Shown in pieces: positions 1-12,747 of a stretch of 64,000 nucleotides of DNA. The notes below the pieces were generated by a model, which did not search any database, was not told the DNA's origin, and saw only the letters and a program-made list of their open reading frames with translations. The stretch is taken from positions 25,792,001 to 25,856,000 of the forward strand of contig CM069165.1 of NCBI GenBank assembly GCA_035221665.1, in the 5' to 3' direction. The DNA comes from Okamejei kenojei (Eukaryota). The stretch's first letter is position 1, and each line of letters opens with the position of its first letter. The translations under genes were made by a program, and so were the position numbers.

Positions 1-36
1 CTTTCTGCACTCTTTGATATGCCAAACTTCCAGAAT
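1..36 (-). CDS. DLG5: DLG5 exon, GUK start, cut by window edge (DSGSLAYQRVQK)
   Basis: ccctgctag acceptor; matches human DSVSLAYQRVQK; phase 1. Confidence 0.9.
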   Translation of the reverse strand, partial: MLEVWHIKECRK

Positions 37-1161
37 CTAGCAGGGAAAATTAATCATAACATCCACTTAACATCGAAACACAATGGCTGCCAGATAAATC
101 CTCACTGGATTTAGTAAATAAAACACAACAGGCTGTTGAACATCTTGGTAATTAATAAGATAATTATAGATAACTGTTTAAAAATATTCATTTGCCACTA
201 TTTGCAAGATGCAATTGCCAGCTATTGCAAATGGCTACTCACAGAAACAGACAAGAGATAATTACGAGTTTGGTTAATTGTTAAAGAAATTGTTTAAAAA
301 TATTGCAACGGAGATGACAAATGTTCTTGTATTTCAGTGATGTCTACAAGTTATAACGGTGCCTGATTGCATGATGGAGCTGAATTAACATGTACAGTTG
401 AAAGAACAAATTACAAACACGTGGATCACATTTTTTGCTGCTGTCAATTCATGTTTACATGACTTGTCAGTTTCCCCAATGATGTAAAACAGAAATAACT
501 GTGTGAAGATTTATTTTATAAGTGTGACTATTCTGAGTTCTGATTACATGTGATTTTATACAAGGTGGAAAGCTGCCTCCGAAACTACTGAGAAGTTCAC
601 ACTGGTACAAACAACAATTGGTAAAATCAGGGGTGACATCCTATAACTTGAATCAAATAAGCTATGTATCAGTTTAAAAAGCAAGAACTCAAAGGATTTC
701 TTGTGATGCTACATATTACACTAGATAGGTCAGATAAATGCACAGCTGAAGGACTGATGCTGGAGGGAGGGCTTGAAACTTTTGAACACTTGACCAAAAA
801 GTAAGAGCCAGTGGGATGCAGAGGAACTTCACCATTTTGATCTAAAATTGGCTTGGTGGTAGGAAACAGAATAATAACAGGGGCTTTTGTCTTGCAATTG
901 GAAGCCTGCAGTCAGTGGTGTACTGCTGGGATCAGTGCTTGGACCCTTGCTGTTTGGTATTGTATGTTGATGATATGGAAAATAGTGCCTGAGAGATGGT
1001 GGATGCAAGTACTCTCACAATATGCAAGTACTATTTAGATGGGCATGTAATCAAGAACTTCATATTCTGTACAAACACATATACATTGATCAATTAATGT
1101 TCCTGCTATTAGAATTAAATGTTTTAAGCTCAGACAGTTATGCATCAATGCTAGCACGAAC

Positions 1162-1475
1162 GTTTATTTAGATTGCAGTGTAGATCAAGGGTGGAACAAG
1201 GCCCTTTGGCCTATCGAGCATGCTGAAACAGCAATCCCCGCACACTTACACTATCCTGCACACATTAGGGACAATTTACAGTTATACCAAGCCAATAAAC
1301 CTACAACCCTATATGCCTTTGGCATGCGGGAAGAAAGCGAAGATCCCAGAGAAAACCCACGCAGGTCATGGGGAGAAAATACAAATTCCACACAGACAGA
1401 ACCCATAGGCAGGATCGATCCCGGGTCTCTGGTGCTGCAAGGCAGCAACTGTACCATTGTGTCAGCGTGACACCC
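1162..1475 (-). mobile_element. tRNA-derived V-SINE (HE1-like)
   Basis: A/B-box head (cccgggatcgatcc), V-domain, CR1-like tail. Confidence 0.8.
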
Positions 1476-2715
1476 AGATATGCTGTTAGTTTTGTGCTGA
1501 TACAAGCAGTAGCATCGGGGACCAGTAAAGTTTCAAACTAATTCTCAGATGTATTAAATGCAAGTACTGACTCATGGTATTTCAGTGACACTGATTACAA
1601 TTTTAATATGTTATAAAACTTGGGTTAAAAATGACATGTAGTTTGCCTTATCTTTGGGATACCCATACAATACCTTGCTGTATTAATTCATAACATTTCA
1701 GACAGCAATTACTGCTGTTACTTTCTCACAATGTTAATCCTGTGCCAAGAGAGGTTTGTGGATATACACGACCATGTGTGCATGGAATTCTCACCACAGG
1801 AGATAAAAGGTTGCAATCTGCCGTATAATTGACCATTCAACTGCCCTCCAAATTTTGTTGCAAGCAGATAATAAAGTTAATGAAAACATTGCACCATACA
1901 TAAAACACTGAACATTTATTTTCATCAATTCTAGTCTTGAATCAATTGATCCCACAGAACGTTGATAAGTTGGTTCAATTTTGGAAATGTAAGTGCTGGA
2001 AATCTGGAAAAGATACAAATCTGCTACATCCAAAATATTAACCCTTTAACATTAAGCAATGGTTTATATTTTTTACCATTCACTATTTTTATATCAGATC
2101 AATATGGAATGAATGTTTATTTTCAGTCTGCAAGCACAAGCAGGATTTAATATGAACAAATCTACCTTGTTTTTAAACAGAAATATATGAATTAGACACA
2201 TAATTAGACCAATCAGCCCCTCAAGCCTGCTCTACCCTTTAATACGATCATGGCTGATCTGATTGCAAACTCAAAAAGTTACCTATCCGTGTTCTTCAGA
2301 GATGCTGCCTGACCCGCGGAGTTACTCCAGCACATTGCGTCTTTTTTATTTGAATAACAATCTTTTATTTTCCTCTGCCAAATGAACAATTTCGCATTTT
2401 CCACACTTTGATAATTTAGTTGTCTGCACAGTTGTCAACCTCCTTACATTCCTGTCACAACTTCCTAACCTACCTGTGCTTGTGTCACCAGTCCAACAAT
2501 ATTACTTGTTGATTGCTTTTAAACTGCTGGTCAGTGTCGAACTCAAAATTACCAGGTAGTAAATTGTCCTCCAGTTATTTGGGGAGCTCGACAACCAACA
2601 GCTCTCAGAAGCTGAATTTTTTCCAAACATTTTAAATATCTTTTAAATCCAGCTATTTCATGCTCCTTTAATTTGTTATTGATGAATGATTTCTTACTGA
2701 AATTAAAAAAAATAC

Positions 2716-2906
2716 CTTCCAACAGAGGGATGGAATCAGTGCTTATGGCATCGAGCGCCAGCATCTCCTTCCCATCTTTTGAATTGTTCCTTTTATGTTT
2801 TTGCTTTCGCCGAAAAAATGATCTTCTGGCTGCTGCTGATAGAGTCTTAACATTTTCGTCCCTGACCTCTGACATGCTGTGTCTTCTGCAGAATTCCTGG
2901 TCCATC
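2716..2906 (-). CDS. DLG5: DLG5 exon, HOOK region (MDQEFCRRHSMSE...IPLLE)
   Basis: ttccag acceptor, AAG|gtatt donor, 191 nt, phase 2-1. Confidence 0.96.
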
Positions 2907-3162
2907 CTGGAAGAAATACACAATTAATAGCCTGACGATGAAAAAAAAACAGAACTTACCTACCAAACAATAATGATTGCAAAGGCACACAAATGCACTC
3001 ATTATTTATGAAGTTTAAACAGTATCGTGTGGACAAACAAAGTAGAAAGTTTAGGTGACGCAAGGTGAAATAATTCATTGCACTCTTTAAATGAAGGTTT
3101 ATGTGTAGATCTGGATACTACCAAGAACTAATCTGCTGTTTTCAGATTGAGTACAATTCAAC

Positions 3163-3885
3163 TGGCTGGCACCGTCTGCGATGGCAGCCTCGCTAACAGT
3201 CTGTCTTTTTTGTTATTTTTAGTGTATTTTAAAAGTATGTGTTAATGTTCTCTGATTTGTTTTATTTGGGGGTCGGGGGAAACTTTTTTCAATCTCTTAC
3301 CTTGCCGGAGATGGGGATCGTATCTCCGGTCGTCCTGCGGCTGAACATCTTGGAGCTGGCGGCCTTGCTCGAGACTGACTTTGAGCCTCACCGCTGGCCG
3401 TGCGCTTACCATCGAAGCGTGCGATCCCTTGCCTGGGATCGACGTTCCAACTGCGGCCTACAGATTTCAACATCGAAGAGCTCGCAGTCTCGGGTAGAAA
3501 GTGATGTCGGGAAGCCACACGAGGTTCGACCAGCCCTGACCCGGGGTCCGTTCGCCCGGCGCGGAGGAGCTGTGATCCCCCCCAATGCGGGAGCTTGATC
3601 ACCCCGAAACGGAGGGCTCGACCGCTGGCTGCGGTAGCCAAGATCGCCCCGACAACGGAGGGTTCGAGTGCCCCGACCGCGGGAGAACAAAATAGGGAAG
3701 AAGATTGAACTTTTTTTGCCTTACATCACAGTGAGGAATGCGGGGAAGTCGCTGTGGTGAATGCTCATGTTAAAAATGTATTTGGGTGTCTTGCTGCTCT
3801 TTATGGTATGACTGTATGGCAAATCAAATTCCTCATATGTTGCAAAACATACTTGCCTAATAAATTACTATTATGATTATGATGA
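3163..3885 (+). mobile_element. GC-rich non-autonomous retroposon (Rex1-type 3' tail), copy 1
   Basis: 5' leader, T-rich tract, CpG-rich core, CACAGTGA..CTGTGGTG stem, GCAA hairpin, AATAAA, (ATGATT)n tail. Confidence 0.7.
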
Positions 3886-3987
3886 TTTCTCCTTCCATTT
3901 TAGAATTTAATAGATTGGGATTTTCATGAGAAATGTTGGCAAACCACATTGAACTCCTGACAAGTTGCTCCTCAAACTTCAGAAATA

Positions 3988-4293
3988 GTAACTGGCTTTT
4001 TTTTTCTCCTTTTCCTTTTTTAAAAATTTTTATTTTTTAGGGTCCATCTCTTAACCCCCTTTCTCTAATTCTTTGACCAGGGGTTTCTTCTCCCCTTTGG
4101 CACGCTCTTTCAATATCACAACTCTTTTCACCTATTTCACTCTCTTTCTTTCTATTCTTTTTCTTTAAAAGCCATAAAATTATGGGCTACAATGATTGTA
4201 ACAATATATATGTGAAGTGCATTGATGTATTTACCTCTAATAAATAAAATATTTAAAAACTATATATATATAAATAAATAAATAAATAAATAA
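3988..4293 (+). mobile_element. 5'-truncated poly(A)-type retroinsertion (L1/Tx1-like 3' UTR)
   Basis: Pyrimidine-rich body, AATAAA, (TAAA)n tail; 14-bp near-perfect TSD AAACTTC(A/G)GAAATA. Confidence 0.65.
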
Positions 4294-4921
4294 AAACTTC
4301 GGAAATAAGAAGCCTTGTGCACCACTGTGGAATTCCCAAAAGATGCTGGGCAGCAATTTCCTGACATTAAACAGATCACAAAATCCTATGGTGGAGCACC
4401 AACTTTATACAATGTTGCAGCAGATGGGTAATCTGTCTACTGAACCTGCGCCAGATTAGATAGAGCCAATGTTCTGCCAATCCATTTCAATGGAGAGGAA
4501 CACTGATAGCCAGTTAAATCCAGAAAAGTAGTCTATGGGGCCAACAATGCACTGGAACCAACAATGCTCAGTGAATTCATGTTTAAACATTGGCTCAAGT
4601 TACATACAGACCCAGTAGGTTCCAGAGAAGTAAGTGTGGGCAGCTCACTGCTGCCACACGAGTTCAAGTGAGAAATTGCAACTCTGACTATGCAAAATGC
4701 CTTGGTACTCACTGAAGCACCAGCCTAGGACAATATGCTAACCTTGAATACAAAATTCAGAGATGTTCACTGACAATGATGTAGACAATCTTACAGAGAG
4801 CACTAACGTCAGATGGTTTATTTTCTCCTTAATCGTTTATTTATATTGCGCACAAAATTCAGAAAAGTTTTCATATTAAATGATAACAGATTATGGAACA
4901 GTCTCAGACTGCATTCTACAC

Positions 4922-5082
4922 TTATCTAAAGAAGAGTCTCGACCCAAAACGTCACCAATCCATGCTCTCCAGAGTTGCTGCCTGACCTGCTGAGTTACTC
5001 CAGCACTTTGTGTCTTTCCCAGGCAACATCTCTGGAGAGAAGGAATGGGTGACATTTCGGGTCGAGACCCTTTTTCAGACTC
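4922..5082. repeat. Penelope-derived inverted pair (related pieces near 2280, 7450, 13545, 13830, 18598, 19460, 27600, 38885, 55228, 63125)
   Basis: Shared gggtctcgacccgaaacgtcacc...ctgagttactccagc motif in both orientations. Confidence 0.8.
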
Positions 5083-5470
5083 ATCTTTAAAGATGACTTG
5101 GAACAATGTTCTGAAACTTATGACCTATTCACAGTTTAACCTGGATGCACGTGTCGCCCACCTGTTGACACTACTTCTTATAATCAATAATCATGTACCT
5201 TTAAAAAAAGGAATATAACCTTTCCTTCTCAGAATATTCCACAGGAACTAAACCCAGCTTGATTTTGAGAAATGCTTAGATAACTTATATGCTCAAACCA
5301 GAAGGGAACAAACCCGCAATATTCTGACTTAAAAGCCCAAGAGTTACCCGTGTGCAATGCTTACTTTAAAATATCTGTGGCAAAATGCAGCAGCTTTCTC
5401 ATTCATCACATTCAGTGAGCTTTTTATAAATATGTTTATCCAGACCACCATTTCATCATCCTATGCTTAC

Positions 5471-5641
5471 ATGTATTTGCTGGGGATGTGCCCTCTTTCA
5501 AGTTTCTGAGCATTTTCATCCAATTGCCAGGTCATCCAGTAACCAAAGTTTCCTTGCGGCAGAGTGTCATCAACATAAAGAATATCATCCTTCTTAAAAC
5601 TTAGATCGTGTTCTACTTCTGCAACTCGATCGTAAAGTGCT
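5471..5641 (-). CDS. DLG5: DLG5 exon, SH3 (ALYDRVAEVEHDLSFKKDDIL...IPSKY)
   Basis: Translated by hand; ALYD SH3 motif; cctag acceptor, gtaagc donor, 171 nt, phase 2-2. Confidence 0.96.
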
Positions 5642-6170
5642 CTAGGAGATGATGCAGAGGAAAATCCAATGAAACCCGAACAAATGCAGCGTTCCTCAAA
5701 TCAATGAGCAATTCGCAGAAAAATAATCTTCATGCATTCAAACCAAAGTTATACAATGCTCTAAAAGCATCAGATGGCTGAATATCGAGTTAGTGCCATG
5801 TAACATCAACATTCTTGGCTTTTAGAAAAAAAATTACCATAAATTTTGGTGAGGCATAGTACCTGAAAAATATTTAAAAAACCTAAACATAATACATTTT
5901 TCTCAACATTAAAGGTGGTGACATTAAATACTGTTCTCTGAAACAACATTATGCCATATGCTTGTAAATAATGAGAAAAAACAAGATAATATGCAGCACT
6001 GGTATTTATAGTGTTAAGTTTTGCTGATGTACCACCATACATTTCGCTGTATGTCGACCCTGTTAAGTTATTGATCTCAGTGCTGTATTTTGTTCACTGT
6101 CCCCAGATACTACACAACCTAAAGTTCACATGCACTGAGTTTGACTTTAAAGGACCACTTCAAAGGGTAC

Positions 6171-6319
6171 CTGATATAGAATCCATCTCCAGCTTCATCC
6201 CTGATTCTGTTGAATTCCTCTATCTTATACTGAGCCTTCACAGAGATCGACTCTGTGGGCTTCAACATTTCAACATAGGCCTGCTCTGCCGTTACATTTC
6301 GCATATCAATACCGTTGTA
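6171..6319 (-). CDS. DLG5: DLG5 exon, PDZ4 end/SH3 start (YNGIDMRN...GFYIR)
   Basis: ttacag acceptor, CAG|gtac donor, 149 nt, phase 0-2. Confidence 0.96.
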
Positions 6320-7544
6320 CTGTAATAAAAAGAAAAGCGACAACTAATAAAATCATGAAACAAAATTGACTTCAACTACAAAACAGTAAACAGGACTTTT
6401 TAAATTACATTTACACAAGCGTAGTTTCTCTGAAAAACCACATATTTTGTCATTTTTTAATTTTTAATTGAAAAGGCTGTTGAAAATTAGGTTTAAAGCC
6501 AAGTGGAGGAAAGCTTGTGCAATTTGTATAGCATAGTTGCCCGAATGCATTGCCCTATTCTTTGCAATCGACAAGAAAGATACGTGAGTTAATCCAAAGA
6601 CTGTAATATTTTAACCAAAGACGAAAAGTTTTATTTTCTGAACTTGTATAACTTTAAATTGAAGCAAAAGTATAGAGGGAAAGAAAATGCTAGAGAAAGA
6701 CTATTGTGGATTGTGAAATGACCGACAAACGACGTTCAATAAATCCGGTTTAATGCTTCCCAGCAAAACCTTCGAACAACATTTCCCATCAGAGCTTTTG
6801 AACATCAGAAGCATAATTCAGGCAATATGTTAGCAACATGCTTTGCTTTCCATCCTTTCATACCATCACAATTAGTGCAGTGATAAAAATAATACATTTA
6901 CAACACCATTTCAGGCGAATATAAACTGAAAGGAGCAATTGAGAGATTTTGGGTGCACAAATGTTCCATCTTGACAACTACGTAGCTTTTCACGGAGTTA
7001 AATGATCATATACAACAATCCGTGATAAAACTGAAGCTTCTAATGCAGCTGAAATTATCTTATTAACCATTAAAGGATGAATGAGCATGCAGTTATCCAA
7101 CCATTGATAAGTATGTGGAAATGAGGATCATTAAATAAATCACTAATAGCAAAAGCTTGAGCAGCTCTAAAGCTTGTGAGCCAAATATTATTCAAATGCT
7201 GCCACAATAGTTTTCAAAAGTATTCCAGTAAATTACTAAGTACTTAAAAAGCAGATTAAGACGAGTTTAGTGTCTACATATTAAGTGAATACAAAAATAT
7301 TGTTTTTGTAAAGTGCAGGGATGGATGAGAGAAGGGTGAAGAGGAGGAAGTAAGGTTTTACTGCCTTCCTGTGGACTGCACTGATACATGCACTGATCAG
7401 GTAGATAAGGTGGTCAAAAAGGCTTTTGGCACATTAGCCTTCTTCAGTCTGTCTGACCCGCTGAGTTACTCCAGCTTTTTGTGTCTATCTTCGGTTTACA
7501 CAGCGACTGCACTTCCTTCCAACACTGACATATTTTTTTAGATC

Positions 7545-7705
7545 CAGCTGGCATCACAATTTTATGTCACATTTGAAAGCTGGTCTGCCGTTGGTACTTC
7601 CAATGTGTCAGCCTACATTCCTATAGTCATGTTTAAAGTGAAACTTGAACTTCAAACCTTCAGATTTGGAACCAAGTATTCTACCAACTGAGCCTTGACT
7701 GACAT
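7545..7705 (-). mobile_element. Ancient tRNA-headed SINE (SacSINE1/DeuSINE-like) 5' part
   Basis: Minus strand reads GGCTCAGTTGGTAG...GTTCAAGT...TAGGCTGACAC, resembling the SacSINE1 head as recalled. Confidence 0.5.
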
Positions 7706-8101
7706 TACAAACTGATGCTAATTATAGCAGCAAAGGCTTGTAATCAGAATTTGCCTTGCATATTAGTTGGCGATGTGAATGTATAAACACGTCACAAAGG
7801 CCAGGATATGTGATAAGAAGCAGCATAGAAATTTGCATCCTTTGTGAAGCAATAACCCTTCTCTGTCAGTGACTCCTTAGCAAACACAGTTCTGAAGACT
7901 GGACCAGTCTTCACTCCCTGAACAAATAGTAATTTGTAAAAAAATATTTTAAATTTGTTTGCGTATTGCATGTACAACCATAGATCGCTGCTGATAATGG
8001 ATGTAATTCTCGGCAAACATTACGGGCAATAACAAAATGCAGAACATCAGAGTACGCGAGTGCCTCACTGACATGGGGGCCACCTGCAGTATTGATCTCA
8101 C

Positions 8102-8285
8102 CTCCAGCAGCTTATCTCCAGTTACCAGTCCATCGGGGCCTTTAGCCGGGCTGTCATCTTCAACCTTTACCACAAACACTCCATACAGATTCCCACCACA
8201 AATCTGGATCCCCAGATCCATCTGTGTCTTCTTCAGGAATAGAAATCTTGGCTCAAAAGTTTGATTAGTTGAATCAATAGACCTC
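8102..8285 (-). CDS. DLG5: DLG5 exon, PDZ4 (RSIDSTN...GDKLLE)
   Basis: caacag acceptor, GAG|gtgaga donor, 184 nt, phase 2-0; CGGNLYGVFV, DDSPAKGPDGL. Confidence 0.96.
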
Positions 8286-9140
8286 CTGTTGAATTAAAAA
8301 TGGTGAATATATACATCCATAGATGAATATTGATAAATGCATGAGAAATTAACAAAAATATGTACAAAGACACGCTGGTACTTTAAATTATGTTATATCC
8401 ATTCCCTATTCTTCAATTTACCTTCATATTGGAGACCTAAAGTTTTAAAAAAGATTTTTGCCCAATGTTACACCAATAAAGATTTCCCTTAGAATTATTT
8501 TGCATTCCTTATAAATTTTCCTTCGCTATCTAAGATAATGGCTCCTTATTGCTGTAAAGGCAGCATGCCTCATTGGTGATCACTCTGATTGATTTTCTAT
8601 TCCATTTGTTCAATTGCACTGAGCGAAATTGTACAGAACAACTCTGATAATTCAGCACCTTTGGGACGTTTGATGCCAGACGAGCAGAATTCTGGATGTT
8701 TTTCCTTTCCGACCTCAAAGAGGGAGTGGAGTGGACATAAAAAGGGAACTCAGCAAACAGGACCCTGGGTCAGTTTAAAGTGAGCTTTGGAAAGGGAGGC
8801 TACAAACTTCACCAGATGAGCCAAATGCCAAAATATTGAATATATTTCTGGAGCTTTACTGTACTTTCTTACCGCTGTCACAACTATGAACACAGTCATC
8901 AACTCTTGGCCTTCCCTGATCTCCGTGGATCAGCTTGATGCTGGAAAAAGTGAGCACGTCATCTTACGATCATGTTCATGTAATGATGAATACATTGATT
9001 TCTTGAGAAAACACTTCCTTCCTCACTAATTTCTTATTCTTTTGAACCCTAAAGAATGTGGCCCATGGTTGTGCATGGAGGCAGTTTCTGGGATCAATAG
9101 CCTTGCTACTGTGGTCAAATGGCAGTTATAGGGGCAGCTC

Positions 9141-9432
9141 GGAGGCACAGCGGTAGAGTTGCTGCCTTACAGTGCTTGTAGCCCCAGAGATCCTGGTTCA
9201 ATCCCGACTACTGGAGCTGTCTGTACAGAGTTTGGATGAGCCCCCCGTGACCGGGAGGTTTTTCTCCGAGATCTTCGGTTTCCTCCCAAGCTCCAAGTAC
9301 AGAGATGTAGGTTATTGACTTGGTGTATGTGTATATTGTCCCTCGTGTGTGTAGGATAGTGTAAATGTGCAGGGATCGCTGGCCAGCGCAGACCTCAAAG
9401 GGTCTGTTTCCACGCTGTATCTCTAAAACAAA
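9141..9432 (+). mobile_element. tRNA-derived V-SINE (HE1-like)
   Basis: cagcggtagagttgctgcc head, ggttcaatcc B-box, ctgtatctctaaa tail. Confidence 0.85.
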
Positions 9433-10041
9433 AACTTATCAAAATGAGATTGGACAGCAGGATTCAATCGGACACGGGCATCACTGATAAACCCATCCTG
9501 TCATAAAAAAACCATTCACATCATCAACATTCAAATGCCTTGTGTGAGATCAGCTATATAAATACTAGCGCTCCAAAGCAACATGACTGACCAGGGAAAG
9601 TCTCCTGAATATTGAAGCAGTCTTAGTTATTTACATTTTAGGGTTGCCGAGTGAAGCGATAGACATCTAACCACCAAACATAAATCTACAACAACATAAA
9701 GGGTAATCATGATAGATTCCAAATTCTTAGCTGTAAAAATAAACCCAGATTGCAAACCTTGACACCAAGTCATTTAACTATGCACCATGTTTACATTATT
9801 CATTCTATTATAGGCTGCACTAAATATTTACAATTCTATGTTGGATAAAAATATGGAAAGTACTCAGCAATATTTTGGAAATTCACTTTTGAAGAAGTAA
9901 TAGTTTTGAAGGCATTATTTATTTTCCGTTCCATATGTTAAATTGAACCACTCTCTTCAGAGTGGCAGAATTATAGAAAGAGTGGATGGTCCACATAACA
10001 AGGTTGTGAATAGAAAATCGAATGAAAACTCAAAAGCTTTA

Positions 10042-10574
10042 AGGGCCTGTCCCACTTTCACAAGGTAATTCACAAATTCCCCCGAGTTTACCCCTAATTC
10101 AAACTCGCAGAATGTTCGTAACGAGTCCGTAGGAGGCCGTAGGAGTTCATAGATATATCGTAGCGGCACGTTATGCCAGCCATAGGTACTCGGGGCATCA
10201 GGTAAGTCAGGACGTTTTTTCCAGCCCGATGAAAAATGTCCACGAGTAAAATAAATAGTCGGGATGAAAAAAAAGCGACTTTTTACTCGTAATTAGTTGT
10301 GGGCAGACCGTAGTAGGCCGTGAGGGTAGTCGTAGGTAGTCGTGGATACTCGTAGATGTTCGTGGGTACTCGTAGCTCGGCAGCTGGACAAAGAAATAAT
10401 GGTGAGTGAAAAAAAAAGCTTAAGTCAACATCAGCACGTGACCTCTGTCACTCCAGTTCGTGAGCATATTTGTGGAATGACATAGGAGTTCGTAGCTTAC
10501 CAAAATCTTGATTTTGTTTTTTTAGGTCCTTTAAACTTGGCAAATGTTTTGGAATAAGTCGTGAAAGTGGGACA
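10042..10574. mobile_element. PIF/Harbinger-type MITE, longer copy with right TIR clipped
   Basis: Starts TTA|AGGGCCTGTCCCACTTTCAC, ends GTCGTGAAAGTGGGACA; internal sequence shared in inverse with the 46523 copy. Confidence 0.82.
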
Positions 10575-10664
10575 TAGTAATTTTAGATGCAATCAAAGAT
10601 TTCTGTATTATCATTGAACAGACTTCACTCATTGCGGAGTATAAAGGCTCTGTTGACAACTGAC

Positions 10665-10829
10665 CTAATCGAGTTGCGTGGACTAGTGGTTGGGGTAGTT
10701 TGCTTTGACGGGGGTGTAATTGTTCCTTCGTCCTGTTCACTCACAGCATCAATTATCGAGTGATTGTCAGGCGTTGTTGCTCCACTGCCGTGGGGAGTTG
10801 AATGGTTGCTTATTGGATCCAATCGAGAA
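10665..10829 (-). CDS. DLG5: DLG5 exon (SRLDPISNHSTP...SPRNSIR)
   Basis: actag acceptor, gtcagt donor, 165 nt, phase 2-2. Confidence 0.92.
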
Positions 10830-11359
10830 CTAGTAAACACAGATCACATAGTTAGGAGACGCAAGAGACTGCCGATCCTGCAATCTTGGCCAAAAGTCCA
10901 ACAGCTCGGGGGAATCAAAGAGTCAGGTTGGTTGGACAGATTGATCGCAATTCAAATGCTGTCTGACTTGCTGAGTCCCTCCGTCAATTTGTTTTTGCAC
11001 ACAATTAGGAACTGATTCACATGTAGTATTTGAAAGATCAAAACCGCTTTCAGATTTATCAAGCTAGCTTGTATTATCAAACAGATTTAATAGACCATTA
11101 TATTCTGATCTATCAATTAGCAGCACAGCTACTAGAAACTGCAGACAATTTTCTTAATTTGCCACCACTAATACACTGTTAATGTCTCTCAAATTTCTGT
11201 GGGGCCCATTGAAAAATTGACAACTGCTATTTTGGTTATTTAATATTAAAATAGGATTCAATATCACCTTGCAAACAAGAGAATGAGCAAACAATTAATT
11301 GTTTAATTAAGGAAAACCTACTCTGCTCCTTTGGTCCCATTGAAATATGAAAGGGACCT

Positions 11360-11760
11360 AAGATAGTGTCATACAACATGGAAACAGAGCCTTCAGCCCA
11401 ACCTGCCCTGCCGACCAAGATGTCCACTTACACTAGTCCCACTTGCCCGCGTGCAGCCCATATCTCTCTAAACCTTTCCTATCCATGTGTCCATATCCAA
11501 ATATATTTTAAATGAAGTTATAGTATCTGCCACAATTATCACCTTTGGCAGCTCGTTCCATATACTCACCACCCTCTGTGTGGGAAAGTTGTCCCTCAAA
11601 GTCTAAACTAAATCTTTCCCTTCTCACCTTAAACCAATGTAATCTGGTTCTTGCTTCCCCTACTCTCAGTAAAATACTCTGTACATCTACCTATGTAGTC
11701 CCCTCATGATCTTGTACACACCTATAAAAATCACACTCGGCCACCTGTGTTCCAATGGGA
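11360..11760 (-). mobile_element. Old CR1 3' fragment
   Basis: Similar to the CR1 3' ends elsewhere in the window (gaaacag..ccttc.gccca, caccctctgtgtg). Confidence 0.65.
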
Positions 11761-11880
11761 GTATTCATTTGGTCTTGAGATGTTTACTTAACACATTAAG
11801 TTCAATCATTAGCAATAATCTACTGAGCTACTGAAAGACATCAGTGCATAGGTTCTAATTTGTACTGTTGCGGGTCTCAC

Positions 11881-12020
11881 CTGGAGCGAGAATGGTTTCC
11901 CAGTTGATACATGTGAGGGTTATATTGTGCCAAGATGGTGATAGTTTCGCAAGGCTCTGTTTGTCCAATAATTAACCGAGCCTGCTGCTCTGTGGCATTC
12001 CTCAAATTAATACCGTTATA
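11881..12020 (-). CDS. DLG5: DLG5 exon, PDZ3 (YNGINLRNATEQQARL...NHSRS)
   Basis: Translated by hand; tcacag acceptor, CAG|gtgaga donor, 140 nt, phase 0-2. Confidence 0.96.
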
Positions 12021-12747
12021 CTGTGAAAATATATTAAAATACAACATTTACCTAAATATTGAACATCACAAATTAATACTTTCTTAAACATTCTAATGCA
12101 GGGGTGGGGAAGAAAGAAAGGGTGCAGGGGAACCAAAAAAACAAGGAAGCATGAAAAAAGCATGAAGAAAGTGAAATAAAGCCTTTTTTCGTGCATTCAG
12201 GGTTCATGAAGTAATTTCTAGGCAATGAATTACTTTTCACCTGAAGAAAACAAAAATGTGCACCAGCCACAAACAATAATGCTTTAAATGATCCAGGAAC
12301 CTATTTGAGTTAGTTTGCCAAAGTTGACCACAAATAAAGGAAGCTCACTATATAAGTATATGGAAGCACGTATGTCCATGTTGACAAGCAGTCTCTCTGT
12401 TTTCTCTCTCCGTTAAAGCACAACAGTCTCCATTACTTGGTGAAGTCCAACTTGGAACCATGATCTCTAGCATCTGACTCACAGGTGACAGTGCTACACT
12501 GAATCAAGCTAACACATTGTTAGTATGAACAATGTCACGGCATAGTGTATGTGGAAGGTCAAGTCTGCTGTGCAGTGGTCGTCATTTCACATCCTTGGCC
12601 ACTGCAATATCAATGCCAGTTACACAGCCATTGTGCCACTCTAAGTGTAAAAAGTAGCAAGTGCAATATCCCGAGCTGGAAGAATTTGACCAAGCTTTTT
12701 CCTGAAGGTGGAAAACAAACTAATTGTAATGTAAATCATTTACAGCA

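Noticed and set aside
3239-3690. Overlapping GC-rich ORFs or a CpG-island promoter (also 48775-49495)
   Set aside because: They lie within dispersed repeat copies. The ORFs reflect stop-codon scarcity in GC-rich DNA and show no recognisable protein motifs.
9141-9215. tRNA genes at the SINE heads
   Set aside because: A/B boxes are present but no complete cloverleaf, and the sequence continues into the V-domain and LINE-like tail.
10280-10380. Short CGTAG repeats as a CRISPR-like array
   Set aside because: Irregular 5-10-nt motifs inside a MITE; no repeat-spacer periodicity, no cas genes, eukaryotic context.
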